The notes: generated from the sequence alone by a model not told the origin. Numbered from the stretch's first letter, positions 38,912 through 49,164 are shown. The stretch is 64,000 nucleotides of DNA from Nitrospirota bacterium (GCA_040754455.1 JBFMCP010000001.1:160001-224000); one strand, 5' to 3'. Made by a program: numbers and translations.

Positions 38912-40636
38912 CTAATACTTTCTCTCCACCGGTTGGAACCGGGTAATGGTCACCGGCTTGAATCTGAACTCAATCCCCTTTTCGGCTTTGAAAGCAAAGG
39001 TGTGTTTCAGCCAGTTAGCGTCATCCCGCTTGGGATAATCCTCCCGTGAGTGTGCTCCCCTGCTCTCTTTCCGCTGCAGGGCCGAGCCGGCAATGGCCTC
39101 TCCAAGATTTATGAGATGGCCCAGCTCGATTGCCTCAAGGAGTTCGGTATTGAAGGTTTTGCTCTTGTCCTTGATCACCAGCCTTCCGGCCCGCTCTTTA
39201 TAGGGCTGCAGCTCCTGCACAAGGGTAGTCAGGTCACGCTCATTCCTGTAAACCGAGCATTTATCCATCATCAACGACTGGAACTCTTTCCGCACTGCCC
39301 CTGCCTGTTCGCCATCCTTCCTGTTCATAATAGTGTTGATGCTTTCTTTTACCTTATCGATCTCTGCAGCAGCGACTTTACTCTTTTCTGCATGTTTGAT
39401 AAAGCTGCCTATGGCGATACCTGCCCGCCGTCCGAACACTACCGTATCGAGGAGGGAGTTGCAGCCGAGCCTGTTTGCGCCATGGACCGAAACGCAGGCG
39501 CATTCGCCCGCAGCGTAGAGCCCTTCCACCACTGCGCCTTTCTCATTTTTGAGGACCCTGCCGTCCACATCGGTCGGGACACCGCCCATAGCATAGTGAG
39601 CTGTCGGGAGTATCGGAATCGGCTTTTCGCTGGGGTCGATACCCATATAGATTTTGCAGAAGGTCGAGATCTCGGGGAGCCGCTCTTCGATGATTTTCCT
39701 GTCCAGATGCCTGAGGTCGAGGTAAACGTAATCCTTGCCGCCGATTCCCCTGCCCTCGCGGATCTCGGTCATAATCGCCCGCGAAACCATATCACGGGGT
39801 GCGAGGTCTTTGATGGTCGGCGCATACCGTTCCATGAAACGCTCGCCCCTGTCATTGAGCAGGATGCCGCCTTCGCCCCTTGCTCCTTCGGTAATCAATA
39901 TGCCGAGGCCATATAGTCCAGTGGGATGGAACTGGAAGAACTCCATATCTTCGAGGGGGATTCCTCGATTAAACAAGATGCTCAAACAGTCGCCGGTGCT
40001 TGCAATGGCATTCGATGTTGTTTTGAAGATCCTGCCATAGCCGCCTGACGCAACAAGCGTTGCCTTTGCAGTGAAAACATGGAGTTCGCCGGTCTTGAGA
40101 TGGAGGGCTATTGCGCCCGAGCATTTACCGTCTTCGACCACGATGTCGAGGACCTGGAATTCGGGAAAGAAATTGACGCCATGGAGCTCGCTCTGCTCAT
40201 AGAGCGCAAAGAGGATTGCGTGGCCGGTCCTGTCGGCAGAGTAGCATGCCCTCCGCACCGGCGCGGCGCCGAACTCTTTGGTATGGCCGCCGAACCGCCG
40301 CTGGGCGATCTTGCCTTCAGGCGTTCTCGAAAAGGGGACTCCGAGATGCTCGAGCTCGACAATGGTACGGATCGCGTCCTCGCACATGACCTGAATCACA
40401 TCCTGGTCGCCGAGGAAGTCGCTGCCTTTGGTGGTATCGTAGAAGTGCCATTCCGGGGAATCGGGTTCCTCGTTGCCGAGGGCTGCACTGATGCCGCCCT
40501 GTGCAGCGCCCGAATGTGAACGGGTGGGATAGAGCTTGGTAAGTACTGCCACTGAACCATGCCGGGAGGCCTCAATGGCTGCCCTTGAACCGGCAAGTCC
40601 TGCACCTATGATAAGTGTGTCAAAATCGTGGGTCAT
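38912..40636 (-). CDS. sdhA: Succinate dehydrogenase/fumarate reductase flavoprotein
   Basis: [35 protein letters not shown]. Confidence 0.95.
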   Translation of the reverse strand: MTHDFDTLIIGAGLAGSRAAIEASRHGSVAVLTKLYPTRSHSGAAQGGISAALGNEEPDSPEWHFYDTTKGSDFLGDQDVIQVMCEDAIRTIVELEHLGVPFSRTPEGKIAQRRFGGHTKEFGAAPVRRACYSADRTGHAILFALYEQSELHGVNFFPEFQVLDIVVEDGKCSGAIALHLKTGELHVFTAKATLVASGGYGRIFKTTSNAIASTGDCLSILFNRGIPLEDMEFFQFHPTGLYGLGILITEGARGEGGILLNDRGERFMERYAPTIKDLAPRDMVSRAIMTEIREGRGIGGKDYVYLDLRHLDRKIIEERLPEISTFCKIYMGIDPSEKPIPILPTAHYAMGGVPTDVDGRVLKNEKGAVVEGLYAAGECACVSVHGANRLGCNSLLDTVVFGRRAGIAIGSFIKHAEKSKVAAAEIDKVKESINTIMNRKDGEQAGAVRKEFQSLMMDKCSVYRNERDLTTLVQELQPYKERAGRLVIKDKSKTFNTELLEAIELGHLINLGEAIAGSALQRKESRGAHSREDYPKRDDANWLKHTFAFKAEKGIEFRFKPVTITRFQPVERKY

Positions 40637-40717
40637 AACCCCTCTTCCTCATCCCCCCCTGCCATACAAAATCGTATGCTGTTACATGATTACACATTTT
40701 GTCGAAAAAAATCCATA

Positions 40718-40748
40718 TTGACGCGCCTTGATAATGAAATTTATAATG
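40718..40748 (+). promoter_or_regulatory. Sigma70-like promoter with overlapping Fur-box-like sequence
   Basis: TTGACG-N18-TATAAT; GATAATGAAATTTATAATG matches the 19-bp Fur consensus at 14 positions. Confidence 0.4.
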
Positions 40749-40897
40749 CCGATGAAAACATAATAAATAGAAATGCATTGAGAACACAATTGTAACTGAG
40801 TCGAAAATTGACAGCAAAGTGCCAATAAATAGATTAAATTTTAAGCTTTAGATTAAGCACAAAAAGTTATGATACATTATTATTTAAGGAGGTCAAT

Positions 40898-42304
40898 ATG
40901 CCACACGTCCCGAGCCCAAGCTATAGCATAACCATCAGGGCGGAAATAGAAAACCGCATCGGTATGTTTGCACAGATTGCCACCGCCATCAGCCATGCAG
41001 GGGGAGACCTCGGCTCCATCGATATCGTCCGGGTGGAAAAAGGAAAAATAATCAGAGATATCACAGTAAATGCCCGCGATGACGAGCATGAGAAGAAGAT
41101 CGTGCGGGCGATCCGGAATATCGACGGGGTGAAGGTCCTCCGTGTTATGGACCGCACGTTCACTGCCCATGAGGGAGGAAAGATCGAAGTGCGCACCAAG
41201 ATCCCGGTAAGAGACAGGAACGATCTCTCGAAGGTGTATACGCCGGGGGTTGCGCGGGTCTGCAGGGACATCCACGAGAATCCCGAGCACGTCTACCGCT
41301 ATACGATAAAAGGGAACTGTATTGCCGTCATCACCGACGGCACCGCAGTGCTCGGTCTCGGCGACATCGGCCCCAAGGCGGCCATGCCGGTAATGGAGGG
41401 CAAGGCGATGATCTTCAAAGAGTTCGCAGGGATCGACGCCTTTCCCATCGCCCTCACGACAAAGGATACCGAGGAGATCGTCTCGATCGTTAAGAACATC
41501 TCCACACCCTTTGGCGGCATCAACCTCGAAGACATCTCGGCCCCCCGCTGTTTCGAGATCGAAAAGCGGCTCAGAGAGATCTGCGATATCCCCGTTATCC
41601 ACGACGACCAGCATGGCACTGCGGTGGTCGTCCTTGCCGCGTTGATCAATGTGGCAAGGTTGGCGAAAAGAGACATAAAGAAGTTCAAGATCGTTATCTC
41701 CGGCGCCGGTGCAGCGGGTATGGCAAATGCCCTGATGCTTGCCAAATACGGGATCAAGGACATCGTTGTCTGCGACCGGGCGGGCGCCATTTATGAGGGT
41801 CGGAAGAATGACATGAATCCCTATAAAAAGGCCCTCGCAAAACAGACCAACCCGAGAAAGGTCAAAGGCAGCATTGCCGACGCCCTGAAGGGAGCGGATG
41901 TCTTTCTGGGGCTCTCGGTCCCCAACATCATCAATGCCGATGATATACGGAGAATGGCAAAAGAACCCGTCGTCTTCGCCCTTGCCAATCCCGAACCCGA
42001 GATAGCGCCCGAGGAAGCGCTTCCCATCGCCCGGGTGCTCGCGACCGGACGCTCCGACTATCCCAATCAGATCAACAACATGCTCAGCTATCCGGGAATC
42101 TTCAGAGGACTGCTCGATGTGAGGGCAAAAGGCGTTAATGAAGAGATCAAGTTCGCCGCAGCCCGGGCGATCGCGTACATCGTAAAAGATGACGAGCTGC
42201 ACGAGGATTACATCATACCGAGTATCTTCGACCGGAAGGTAATCCCTGCTGTTGCCCATGCGGTTGCCGAAACGGCGAAGAAGACAGGGCTGGCGCGGCA
42301 TTAA
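40898..42304 (+). CDS. Malic enzyme with N-terminal ACT domain
   Basis: YTPGVA, DGTAVLGLG, PVMEGK, NLEDI, HDDQHGTA, TGRSDYPNQ. Confidence 0.93.
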   Translation: MPHVPSPSYSITIRAEIENRIGMFAQIATAISHAGGDLGSIDIVRVEKGKIIRDITVNARDDEHEKKIVRAIRNIDGVKVLRVMDRTFTAHEGGKIEVRTKIPVRDRNDLSKVYTPGVARVCRDIHENPEHVYRYTIKGNCIAVITDGTAVLGLGDIGPKAAMPVMEGKAMIFKEFAGIDAFPIALTTKDTEEIVSIVKNISTPFGGINLEDISAPRCFEIEKRLREICDIPVIHDDQHGTAVVVLAALINVARLAKRDIKKFKIVISGAGAAGMANALMLAKYGIKDIVVCDRAGAIYEGRKNDMNPYKKALAKQTNPRKVKGSIADALKGADVFLGLSVPNIINADDIRRMAKEPVVFALANPEPEIAPEEALPIARVLATGRSDYPNQINNMLSYPGIFRGLLDVRAKGVNEEIKFAAARAIAYIVKDDELHEDYIIPSIFDRKVIPAVAHAVAETAKKTGLARH

Positions 42305-42365
42305 GCTATCAGTCCACTAAAGGAATAAAGAGGCTCGGAATATCCTACGCCGCCGGGCTTCTTTA

Positions 42366-43751
42366 CTACACCATCCTCTTCACATCAAGATAGGCATCAA
42401 TATCTTTTTCGGAGAGGAGCCCTGATTCGAGGACGACATCTCTGATCTTACGCTTTTCTTTTACCGCTTTCTTGATCAGCTCGGCAGCCTTCTCATAGCC
42501 GAGGACAGGGGCGAGCGAAGTTGCGATGACGGGGTTTTTATCGAGGAGGTCCTGGATATGACCAACATTGACGACCATGCCTTTGATCGCTTTGTCGGCA
42601 AGCACTCTCATGGCGATCGAGAGCATTTCGATGGATTCGAGGAGCGTAAAGCCGATCACCGGGAGCATGGTGTTCAATTCAAATTCGCCGAGAGAGCAGG
42701 AGATCGTTATTGTCGTATCGTTGCCGATGACCCGCGCGCAGACCATGCGCGCTGCTTCGGGGATCACGGGGTTGATCTTTCCCGGCATGATGGATGAGCC
42801 CGGCTGAAGGGCGGGCAATTGTATTTCGGCGAGCCCTGAATGAGGCCCGCTGTTCATGAGCCGCAGGTCATTGGCGATTTTCATAAGGCTCGCTGCAACC
42901 GTTTTGAGCTGTCCCGAAAGCTCTGAGGTGACATCCATCGAAGCCTGGGCTTCAAAATTATTGCGGGCCCTCTCAAAAGGAATCCCGGTCATCTCGCTGA
43001 TGGTACCGATAACACCATCGGCGAACTCCGGGTGTGCATTGAGGCCGGTGCCGACCGCCGTGCCGCCGAGGGGAAGCTGCGCCAGCCTCGGCAACACACT
43101 CTCGACTCTTTCGATACCGAACTGGATCTGCGCAGCCCATCCTGACATTTCCTGCCCGAAGGTGATGGGCACCGCATCCATAAGGTGGGTCCTGCCGGTC
43201 TTGACGACATCCTTATACTCCTGCTGCTTTTCGGCAATGGCGCCATGCAGATGTTTGAGCGAGGGGAGAAGTTTATCTCGTACCTCGAGGTATGCCGCTA
43301 TGCGGATTGCCGAAGGGACAACGTCATTCGAAGATTGTCCCTTATTCACATGATCATTGGGGTGGACAGGCGCAGTGGTTACTTTCTTCCCGGTGAGTCT
43401 CTCGTTCGCCCGCGTCGCAACGACCTCATTGACATTCATATTCGTCGAGGTGCCGCTCCCGGTCTGGAAAATGCCGAGAGGGAAATGGTCCTTATGCCTG
43501 CCTTCGATGATTTCCTTGCAGGCCTGGAGCATGGCATCGGACAAATCCTTCGGAAGCAGGCCGAGGCCGGTATTGGTCACTGCGGCTGCGTATTTAATGA
43601 TAGCGATTGAGCGGATGAGTACTTCGGGAAAGGCGGGTGCGCTTACAGAGAAGTTTTCGATTGCCCGCTGCGATTGGGCTCCCCAATAGGCATGCGCAGG
43701 CACTCTGATCTCTCCTATGCTGTCATGTTCGATACGGTGCTCTTCTGACAT
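42366..43751 (-). CDS. fumC: Class II fumarate hydratase
   Basis: QTGSGTSTNMN, GRTHLMDA, PGSSIMPGKINP. Confidence 0.9.
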   Translation of the reverse strand: MSEEHRIEHDSIGEIRVPAHAYWGAQSQRAIENFSVSAPAFPEVLIRSIAIIKYAAAVTNTGLGLLPKDLSDAMLQACKEIIEGRHKDHFPLGIFQTGSGTSTNMNVNEVVATRANERLTGKKVTTAPVHPNDHVNKGQSSNDVVPSAIRIAAYLEVRDKLLPSLKHLHGAIAEKQQEYKDVVKTGRTHLMDAVPITFGQEMSGWAAQIQFGIERVESVLPRLAQLPLGGTAVGTGLNAHPEFADGVIGTISEMTGIPFERARNNFEAQASMDVTSELSGQLKTVAASLMKIANDLRLMNSGPHSGLAEIQLPALQPGSSIMPGKINPVIPEAARMVCARVIGNDTTITISCSLGEFELNTMLPVIGFTLLESIEMLSIAMRVLADKAIKGMVVNVGHIQDLLDKNPVIATSLAPVLGYEKAAELIKKAVKEKRKIRDVVLESGLLSEKDIDAYLDVKRMV

Positions 43752-43818
43752 AGTGCCATTATATCAAATATCCTTCAGGAAAATTCTAAATTCGAACAAA
43801 TTACAAAATCTATTCTGA

Positions 43819-44028
43819 TAGGACATGCGCGATGAAGTCAGGAAGGAGTACGGAAAGGAGCTTGCTCGCGCCTCCTGTTCTTCCACCAAGACCTCAAATT
43901 CTTGATAACAACTATTTTTAATAAAGAGTGAGGCATTTCTATTCCAATAAGTGCGCATGAGAAAGCTCCCTGGAGTGCCCCTTCCTGCCTCTGCATGCTC
44001 CGAGCAGTTCCACAACGCATATGTCTTA
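43819..44028 (+). repeat. ~155-nt structured element, copy B (core 43836-43990), with degenerate terminal inverted repeats
   Basis: Core AGTCAGGAAGGAGTAC...GTGCCCCTTCCTGCCT; ends TAGGACATGCGC and GCATATGTCTTA; flanked by inverted heptamer arrays. Confidence 0.82.
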
Positions 44029-44061
44029 TTTCGTTTAGGATTTCGGGTTTAGAATATGCTG

Positions 44062-45072
44062 TCAGGGCATGCCGATGCCGTCGATGGTTGCACCGCAGTT
44101 GCTGCATTTCGAGCCTTTCATCTTGATCAGGCTCAAAGTATACCCTATCCGCTCGATCTGCAATTCGCCGCAGGAGGGGCAATAGGTATTTTCGCCGCCC
44201 CTGCCGGGCACGTTTCCTTCATAAACATACTTCAGCCCTGCCCTCTTGCCGATCTCGCGTGCCTTCTGGAGCGTCGCAAGCGGGGTGCGCGGCTTGTCCA
44301 GCAACTTATAGGTGGGATAGAACTGGCTCACATGCCAGGGGATAGCGGGATCAACGGACTTTATAAATTCCGCAGCGAATGTCAGGAATTCGTCGGAATC
44401 ATTATAATCGGGGATAATGAGTGTCGTCACCTCAACCCATACTCCCAGTTCCTTCATAAGTTTGATGGTATCGAGCACCGGCTGCAGCTTTGCTCCTACG
44501 ATCTTTTTGTAGAATGCATCATCGCCCTTCAGATCGATGTTGTTGGCATCAAGATAGGGTGCGATAAGCCTCGCTGCATCAGGGCTGGTATACCCGTTGC
44601 TGACGAAGACATTCTTTATTCCCCGCTGGTGGGCGAGACGTGCACAGTCGTAAGCGAATTCAAAAAAAATCGTGGGCTCGGTATAGGTATAGGATATGCT
44701 CATGCAGCCGGATCGCTCAGCCTCATTCACCACCGCCTCGGGCGTCATGTCTTCGCCGGGGATGTCGGGATGCTCTTTCGGGTACTGCGAGAGAGTAAAG
44801 TTCTGGCAGTGCATGCATCTGAAATTGCAGCCGACGGTTGAGATGGAATAGGACCGTGAGCCTGGATGAAAGTGAAAGAGCGGTTTCTTCTCGATGGGAT
44901 CGACATGCTTTGCCGCCACTTTTCCGTAAACAAGGGTGTAGAGCACGCCCTCCCTGTTCTCCCGTACTGCACATATCCCCCGCTTTCCCGGTGAGATGGA
45001 GCAGTACTGGGGGCAGAGGAAGCATTTTACCTTTCCATCGCCGGTCTTTTCGTAGAGCCGCGCCTCGTGCAT
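44062..45072 (-). CDS. AmmeMemoRadiSam-system radical SAM enzyme
   Basis: DPIEKKPLFHFHPG, GCNFRCMHCQN, YTYTEP, YVYEGNV. Confidence 0.9.
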   Translation of the reverse strand: MHEARLYEKTGDGKVKCFLCPQYCSISPGKRGICAVRENREGVLYTLVYGKVAAKHVDPIEKKPLFHFHPGSRSYSISTVGCNFRCMHCQNFTLSQYPKEHPDIPGEDMTPEAVVNEAERSGCMSISYTYTEPTIFFEFAYDCARLAHQRGIKNVFVSNGYTSPDAARLIAPYLDANNIDLKGDDAFYKKIVGAKLQPVLDTIKLMKELGVWVEVTTLIIPDYNDSDEFLTFAAEFIKSVDPAIPWHVSQFYPTYKLLDKPRTPLATLQKAREIGKRAGLKYVYEGNVPGRGGENTYCPSCGELQIERIGYTLSLIKMKGSKCSNCGATIDGIGMP

Positions 45073-45075
45073 GCA

Positions 45076-45345
45076 CTACTCGGTCTCGACTTTTTTCTTC
45101 GTCGTCTTTTTGGCGGCGGCCTTCCTGGATCCGGCTTTTTTCACGCCCGCATGAGCAGGCGCTTTTTTCTTCGCTGCGGCCTTTGCCTCTTCGCCGTTGC
45201 CGCCGCGGGATTCGCCGCCATTGCCGTGGCGTTGCCTCAAGATGCGTTCCGCCTCAAACCAGTTCTCGAGGTCGCGGCCCGGTACCCTGCCGCTTTTTTC
45301 GTACAACTCATGGGCAAGCTTTGCAATCTCCTCATGCGATATCAT
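45076..45345 (-). CDS. DUF2934-domain protein with Lys/Ala-rich tail
   Basis: EIAKLAHELYEKSGR..G...NWFEAE, then KAAAKKK repeats. Confidence 0.8.
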   Translation of the reverse strand: MISHEEIAKLAHELYEKSGRVPGRDLENWFEAERILRQRHGNGGESRGGNGEEAKAAAKKKAPAHAGVKKAGSRKAAAKKTTKKKVETE

Positions 45346-45469
45346 TGTTATACCTCCGCAGACAATAGTCTACTCAAATGATATCGCTATTTTTTCCCGA
45401 ATGCAACAGGCTTCAGACGTGCAGTCGATTCGGGAATACCGAACTTCGACGATCCCCTCCCGTTATCCA

Positions 45470-45513
45470 CCTCTGCATGCATTCCAAAACTATTCCCAAA
45501 CGCGTAAGTCCTA
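45470..45513 (+). repeat. Remnant right end of the repeated element
   Basis: CCTCTGCATGC...AACGCGTAAGTCCTA aligns with 43988-44028. Confidence 0.6.
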
Positions 45514-45515
45514 TA

Positions 45516-46265
45516 TCAGCAGAGGGATGCCTGCTTTCCGAATCCCTTCTTCAGCCGTTCGACAATTGTGCCGGTGAAGCCCTTATCAAGCCATTGGCGG
45601 AGTTTCAGACGGTCAAAGAGGTGGGCTGTCTTCGAGTAGTAATTCATCCGGCTGATGTACACATACTCTGCAGAGGGGCGGATGAGGTCCACGAGCACAT
45701 CAGGGTCCATCGGCAGCAGCGGGCCGATGAAAACATAGGTTCGTATTCCCTTCTCATGCAATTCACGCAATGCCTTCACCCGCTCCGTAATCGGTGGAGC
45801 ATATGGTTCGAAGATCTTCCTCATCCTCTCGTCATCGGTCGTGATGGTCAGGCCTACATCGACGTCTTCGAATTGTGCAAGCAGATCAGCATCCCGCACG
45901 ACAAGCGGAGACTTGGTGAGTATGCTCACCGGGAATTGATGTTCAAGCAGCACCCCGAGACACTGCCTGGTGAGCCGGTACGTTGCCTCAACCGGCTGGT
46001 AGGCATCGGTGACGGAGCTGACCATAACCGTGCCTTTCCTTGCTCTGCCGAGCTGTTTCTTCAGCACCTCCGGCGCGTTCACCTTCACATCAACGAACGT
46101 CCCCCACGGTTCGGGATGGTTGGTATATTTCTTCATGAATGTGGCGTAACAATATCGGCATGCGTGAGAGCATCCTGTATAGGGATTGAGACAGTAATCG
46201 GCACCGGGGATCCCGGACTTCGAGAGGACGGACTTGGCATGTACTTCTTTGATGATAAGGCTCAT
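45516..46265 (-). CDS. SPL-like radical SAM protein
   Basis: NPYTGCSHACRYCYA, SSVTDAYQP.E, TKSPLV.RD. Confidence 0.88.
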   Translation of the reverse strand: MSLIIKEVHAKSVLSKSGIPGADYCLNPYTGCSHACRYCYATFMKKYTNHPEPWGTFVDVKVNAPEVLKKQLGRARKGTVMVSSVTDAYQPVEATYRLTRQCLGVLLEHQFPVSILTKSPLVVRDADLLAQFEDVDVGLTITTDDERMRKIFEPYAPPITERVKALRELHEKGIRTYVFIGPLLPMDPDVLVDLIRPSAEYVYISRMNYYSKTAHLFDRLKLRQWLDKGFTGTIVERLKKGFGKQASLC

Positions 46266-46382
46266 GTATTATTCTAACATTGCGAGGACAATCAGGTTAT
46301 GGAACCAAAGCAGTACTTCCTAAGGTTGTGAAAGGCTCTCAGATATGCAATAATACTTTTCAACCTTTTACGAGGAGGTAGT

Positions 46383-46976
46383 ATGAGATATTTGAGAGTG
46401 GCCCTTGTACTTGCCTTGACCTTGTTGCTCGGCATCTCTGCCTACGCCGAGCCTAAGAACAGAAAATTCACCAGAGAGGAGATCAAAAAAATGGCTGAAA
46501 CCAGAGCAATCATCGAAACTAAGTTCGGAAATATGGAGCTCAAGTTTTTCCCCGATGTTGCCCCCAACCACGTGAACAATTTCATCGAGCTCGCAAAAAA
46601 GGGATTCTACGATGGCACCACCTTCCACCGCGTCATCCCCGGCTTCATGATCCAGGGCGGCGACCCCAACTCAAAGGATCCCGACAAATCGAGGCACGGC
46701 ATGGGCGGCCCCGGATATACCGTCAAAGCTGAATTCAATGCAACGCCGCACAAGCGCGGCACCCTCTCCATGGCGCGGTCCGGACATCCCGACAGCGCAG
46801 GGTCGCAGTTTTTCATTTGTGTTGCCGATGCCCGTTTTCTCGACAGGCAATACACCGCCTTCGGCGAGGTTGTTTCGGGCATGGAAGTAGCTGATAAGAT
46901 CGTGAGCCAGCCGAGGGACCGGAATGACAATCCCAACGAGCGTCTCGAGATGAAAGTCAAGATCGTGGAGAAGTAA
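46383..46976 (+). CDS. Cyclophilin-type peptidyl-prolyl isomerase
   Basis: FHRVIPGFMIQGGD, LSMAR, SAGSQFFI. Confidence 0.93.
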   Translation: MRYLRVALVLALTLLLGISAYAEPKNRKFTREEIKKMAETRAIIETKFGNMELKFFPDVAPNHVNNFIELAKKGFYDGTTFHRVIPGFMIQGGDPNSKDPDKSRHGMGGPGYTVKAEFNATPHKRGTLSMARSGHPDSAGSQFFICVADARFLDRQYTAFGEVVSGMEVADKIVSQPRDRNDNPNERLEMKVKIVEK

Positions 46977-46980
46977 TATC

Positions 46981-47949
46981 ATGGGAATACAGGAAGAGGC
47001 AAAAGAGCTGAGAAAATTCTGGGGCGGCTTCTGGGCCCCGCGGGTGATCCTCACCGCCAACAATTACAGAGTGTTCGATCACCTCGGGACACCGAAAACC
47101 GCCGATCAGGTCGCAAAGGCGATCAAAGCGGATAAAAGGGCCACCGGGATCATGCTCGATGCATTGGTCGGGCTCGGCTTGCTGAAAAAAACTGCTAAAA
47201 CCTATAAGAACACGCCGCTCGCAACGCGCTTTCTGGTAAAGGACAGCCCTTATTATCAGGGCGACATCATAAGGCACGCCGATGCGCTCTGGCAGAAGTG
47301 GTCTGACCTGGATGCCATCGTAAAGACCGGGAAGCCCAGCGCCAGAGGCCGCGACCACGCCTCCTTTATTAAAGGAATGCACAACATCGCGGTCTTCAAG
47401 GCACCCCCGGTCATTGATGCCATAGGTCTGAAGGGTGTAAAGAAGGCGATGGACCTCGGCGGCGGCCCCGGCACCTATGCAATAGAACTGGCGAAGAGAG
47501 GAATCGATGTCACCATCTTCGACCTGCCCGAAACCATAAACGTCGCAAAAGAGATGGTGAAGAAGTCGGGACTGAAGAATATCAGTTTCATAAAGGGCAA
47601 CATCTTCTCCGACAGCATCAATGGCACCTATGATCTCATCCTCATGAGTCAGCTGCTCCATGCTTTTTCCGTTGAGGAGAGCCTCATCGCTCTGAGAAGA
47701 TGCAAAGAGGCGCTGAACCCCGGCGGCAGGGTGGTAATCCATGAGTTCTTTATTGATACGACCATGACCGCCCCCCTTCCGGCCGCACTGTTTTCAGTCA
47801 ACATGCTCGTGAACACACCGGCCGGACGCTGCTATCCCCCTGCGGAAATGAAACAGTGGTTGAAGCAGCTCGGGTTCAAAGAGATCAAAGAAACGATGCT
47901 GGAAGATACCGTGCTGGTATCAGGAAAAAAGCCGAGGTACCTAAGCTAA
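46981..47949 (+). CDS. O-methyltransferase (dimerisation plus Methyltransf_2 domains)
   Basis: N-terminal winged helix; DLGGGPG, FDLP, LLH. Confidence 0.85.
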   Translation: MGIQEEAKELRKFWGGFWAPRVILTANNYRVFDHLGTPKTADQVAKAIKADKRATGIMLDALVGLGLLKKTAKTYKNTPLATRFLVKDSPYYQGDIIRHADALWQKWSDLDAIVKTGKPSARGRDHASFIKGMHNIAVFKAPPVIDAIGLKGVKKAMDLGGGPGTYAIELAKRGIDVTIFDLPETINVAKEMVKKSGLKNISFIKGNIFSDSINGTYDLILMSQLLHAFSVEESLIALRRCKEALNPGGRVVIHEFFIDTTMTAPLPAALFSVNMLVNTPAGRCYPPAEMKQWLKQLGFKEIKETMLEDTVLVSGKKPRYLS

Positions 47950-47954
47950 ACCTC

Positions 47955-47987
47955 AAAGGCTTGTCCGCTAAGGGCAGGCCTTTCTTA
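47955..47987. terminator. Terminator between convergent genes
   Basis: AAAGGCTTGTCC-gctaa-GGGCAGGCCTTT. Confidence 0.65.
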
Positions 47988-47988
47988 T

Positions 47989-48639
47989 TTACAGCTCCAT
48001 TTTGAGTTTCTTGGAGAGCATATCTGCCCTCCGCACCGGCTCGGGGATTCTGTATTTTCCGGTGCAGCTCAAAACGATTTTTATTGAGCTTTCGAGATCA
48101 ATTTTGTGTCCCACTGAAACAAACACCGGATTCGTGTTGTCCCTCGTCCTCAAAACCGCGCCGATAACATTTCCTTTATATTTAAGAGGAGACCACGAGC
48201 CTTTTTTATTCCCCGGTGCCTCATATCTGCCGACAAGCAACGACTTCGCGCAGCCTATCGTCGGCATATCGAGCAACACGCCGATGTGCGACGCGATGCC
48301 TAATCCGCGAGGATGAGCGATCCCCTGCCCGTCAATAAGGAGGACATCAGGCTTTGCGCTTAGTTTGTTAACAGCACTAATGAATGCAGGCCCCTCTCTG
48401 AACGACAGGAATCCGGGAATATAAGGGAAGGTGACCTTCTCGACTGCATGAGCATCTTCGATCAGAGTTATTTCAGGATACTTATAAAGACATACAGCCG
48501 CGATAATCGTATCACCCATAAACGCCGCATCGACACCGGCAATCAGCGACAGCTCACGATCAAGGGGAACGGCCTTCACCTCTTCTCTGAGCCGGTTCTG
48601 AATATCCCTGGCTTCTTCTATGTCCTTCGGCCAGTGCAT
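47989..48639 (-). CDS. nfi: Endonuclease V
   Basis: AGVDAA, FPYIPGFLSFRE, DGQGIAHPR.LGIASH, PEPVRRAD. Confidence 0.94.
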   Translation of the reverse strand: MHWPKDIEEARDIQNRLREEVKAVPLDRELSLIAGVDAAFMGDTIIAAVCLYKYPEITLIEDAHAVEKVTFPYIPGFLSFREGPAFISAVNKLSAKPDVLLIDGQGIAHPRGLGIASHIGVLLDMPTIGCAKSLLVGRYEAPGNKKGSWSPLKYKGNVIGAVLRTRDNTNPVFVSVGHKIDLESSIKIVLSCTGKYRIPEPVRRADMLSKKLKMEL

Positions 48640-48795
48640 AAGATAAATTATAATCTTAAATGGAAAAGTTAACTTCTTTCTGAAAGTTTTCATCTATGGA
48701 ATCGTCCGCGGCAGCTCATGTGATCTCCGATTATCCCCGACTCTCCACCGTCAAGGATAGTGCGTATCTGAAGGCTTGCCGAAGAAAGCGTCAGA

Positions 48796-48826
48796 GTGAA
48801 CCTCCCCGCGGCAAGCCGACGGGGAA
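48796..48826. repeat. REP-like / IS200-IS605-end-like hairpin
   Basis: GTGAACC-TCCCCG-CGGC-AA-GCCG-a-CGGGGA; no transposase nearby. Confidence 0.4.
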
Positions 48827-49164
48827 CTCTGCAAAGCTTTCGTTAGATTTTGAGGATACGCTTATGTCGGCGGCTACGAGAATTCTATTCGCTACGCGGG
48901 GTGAGCATAGAGACTAAGTTCTGATCCATCAGCAGGAGGCGTGGCCGGCATATATGCCTATTTTACTTTAATAAAACATTCCCCTGCCGGATTCACTCCC
49001 CTTCTATTTCCCCCTGTTAACGGCCCTCTTTATTTTGAAGCATAGCGGAATCCGTGACTAATCGGTGACCAGCCGTCTGGTACAATCCTTTTCTGAAGGA
49101 AACGGTTTTATTACGTCCCTGGCAGTAATTTCATTTTATTTCATTATTCAGAGGAGGACCGGGC

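Noticed and set aside
23934..42301. Long antisense ORFs (23934-25187, 36246-37787, 40880-42301)
   Set aside because: Opposite well-supported genes (glnS, livH/livK, malic enzyme) and lack motifs
43764..44015. ORFs 43764-44015 and 56686-57117 sharing YQE.EVLVE
   Set aside because: The similarity comes from the non-coding repeat; starts and lengths differ and the peptide is not preserved in copy A
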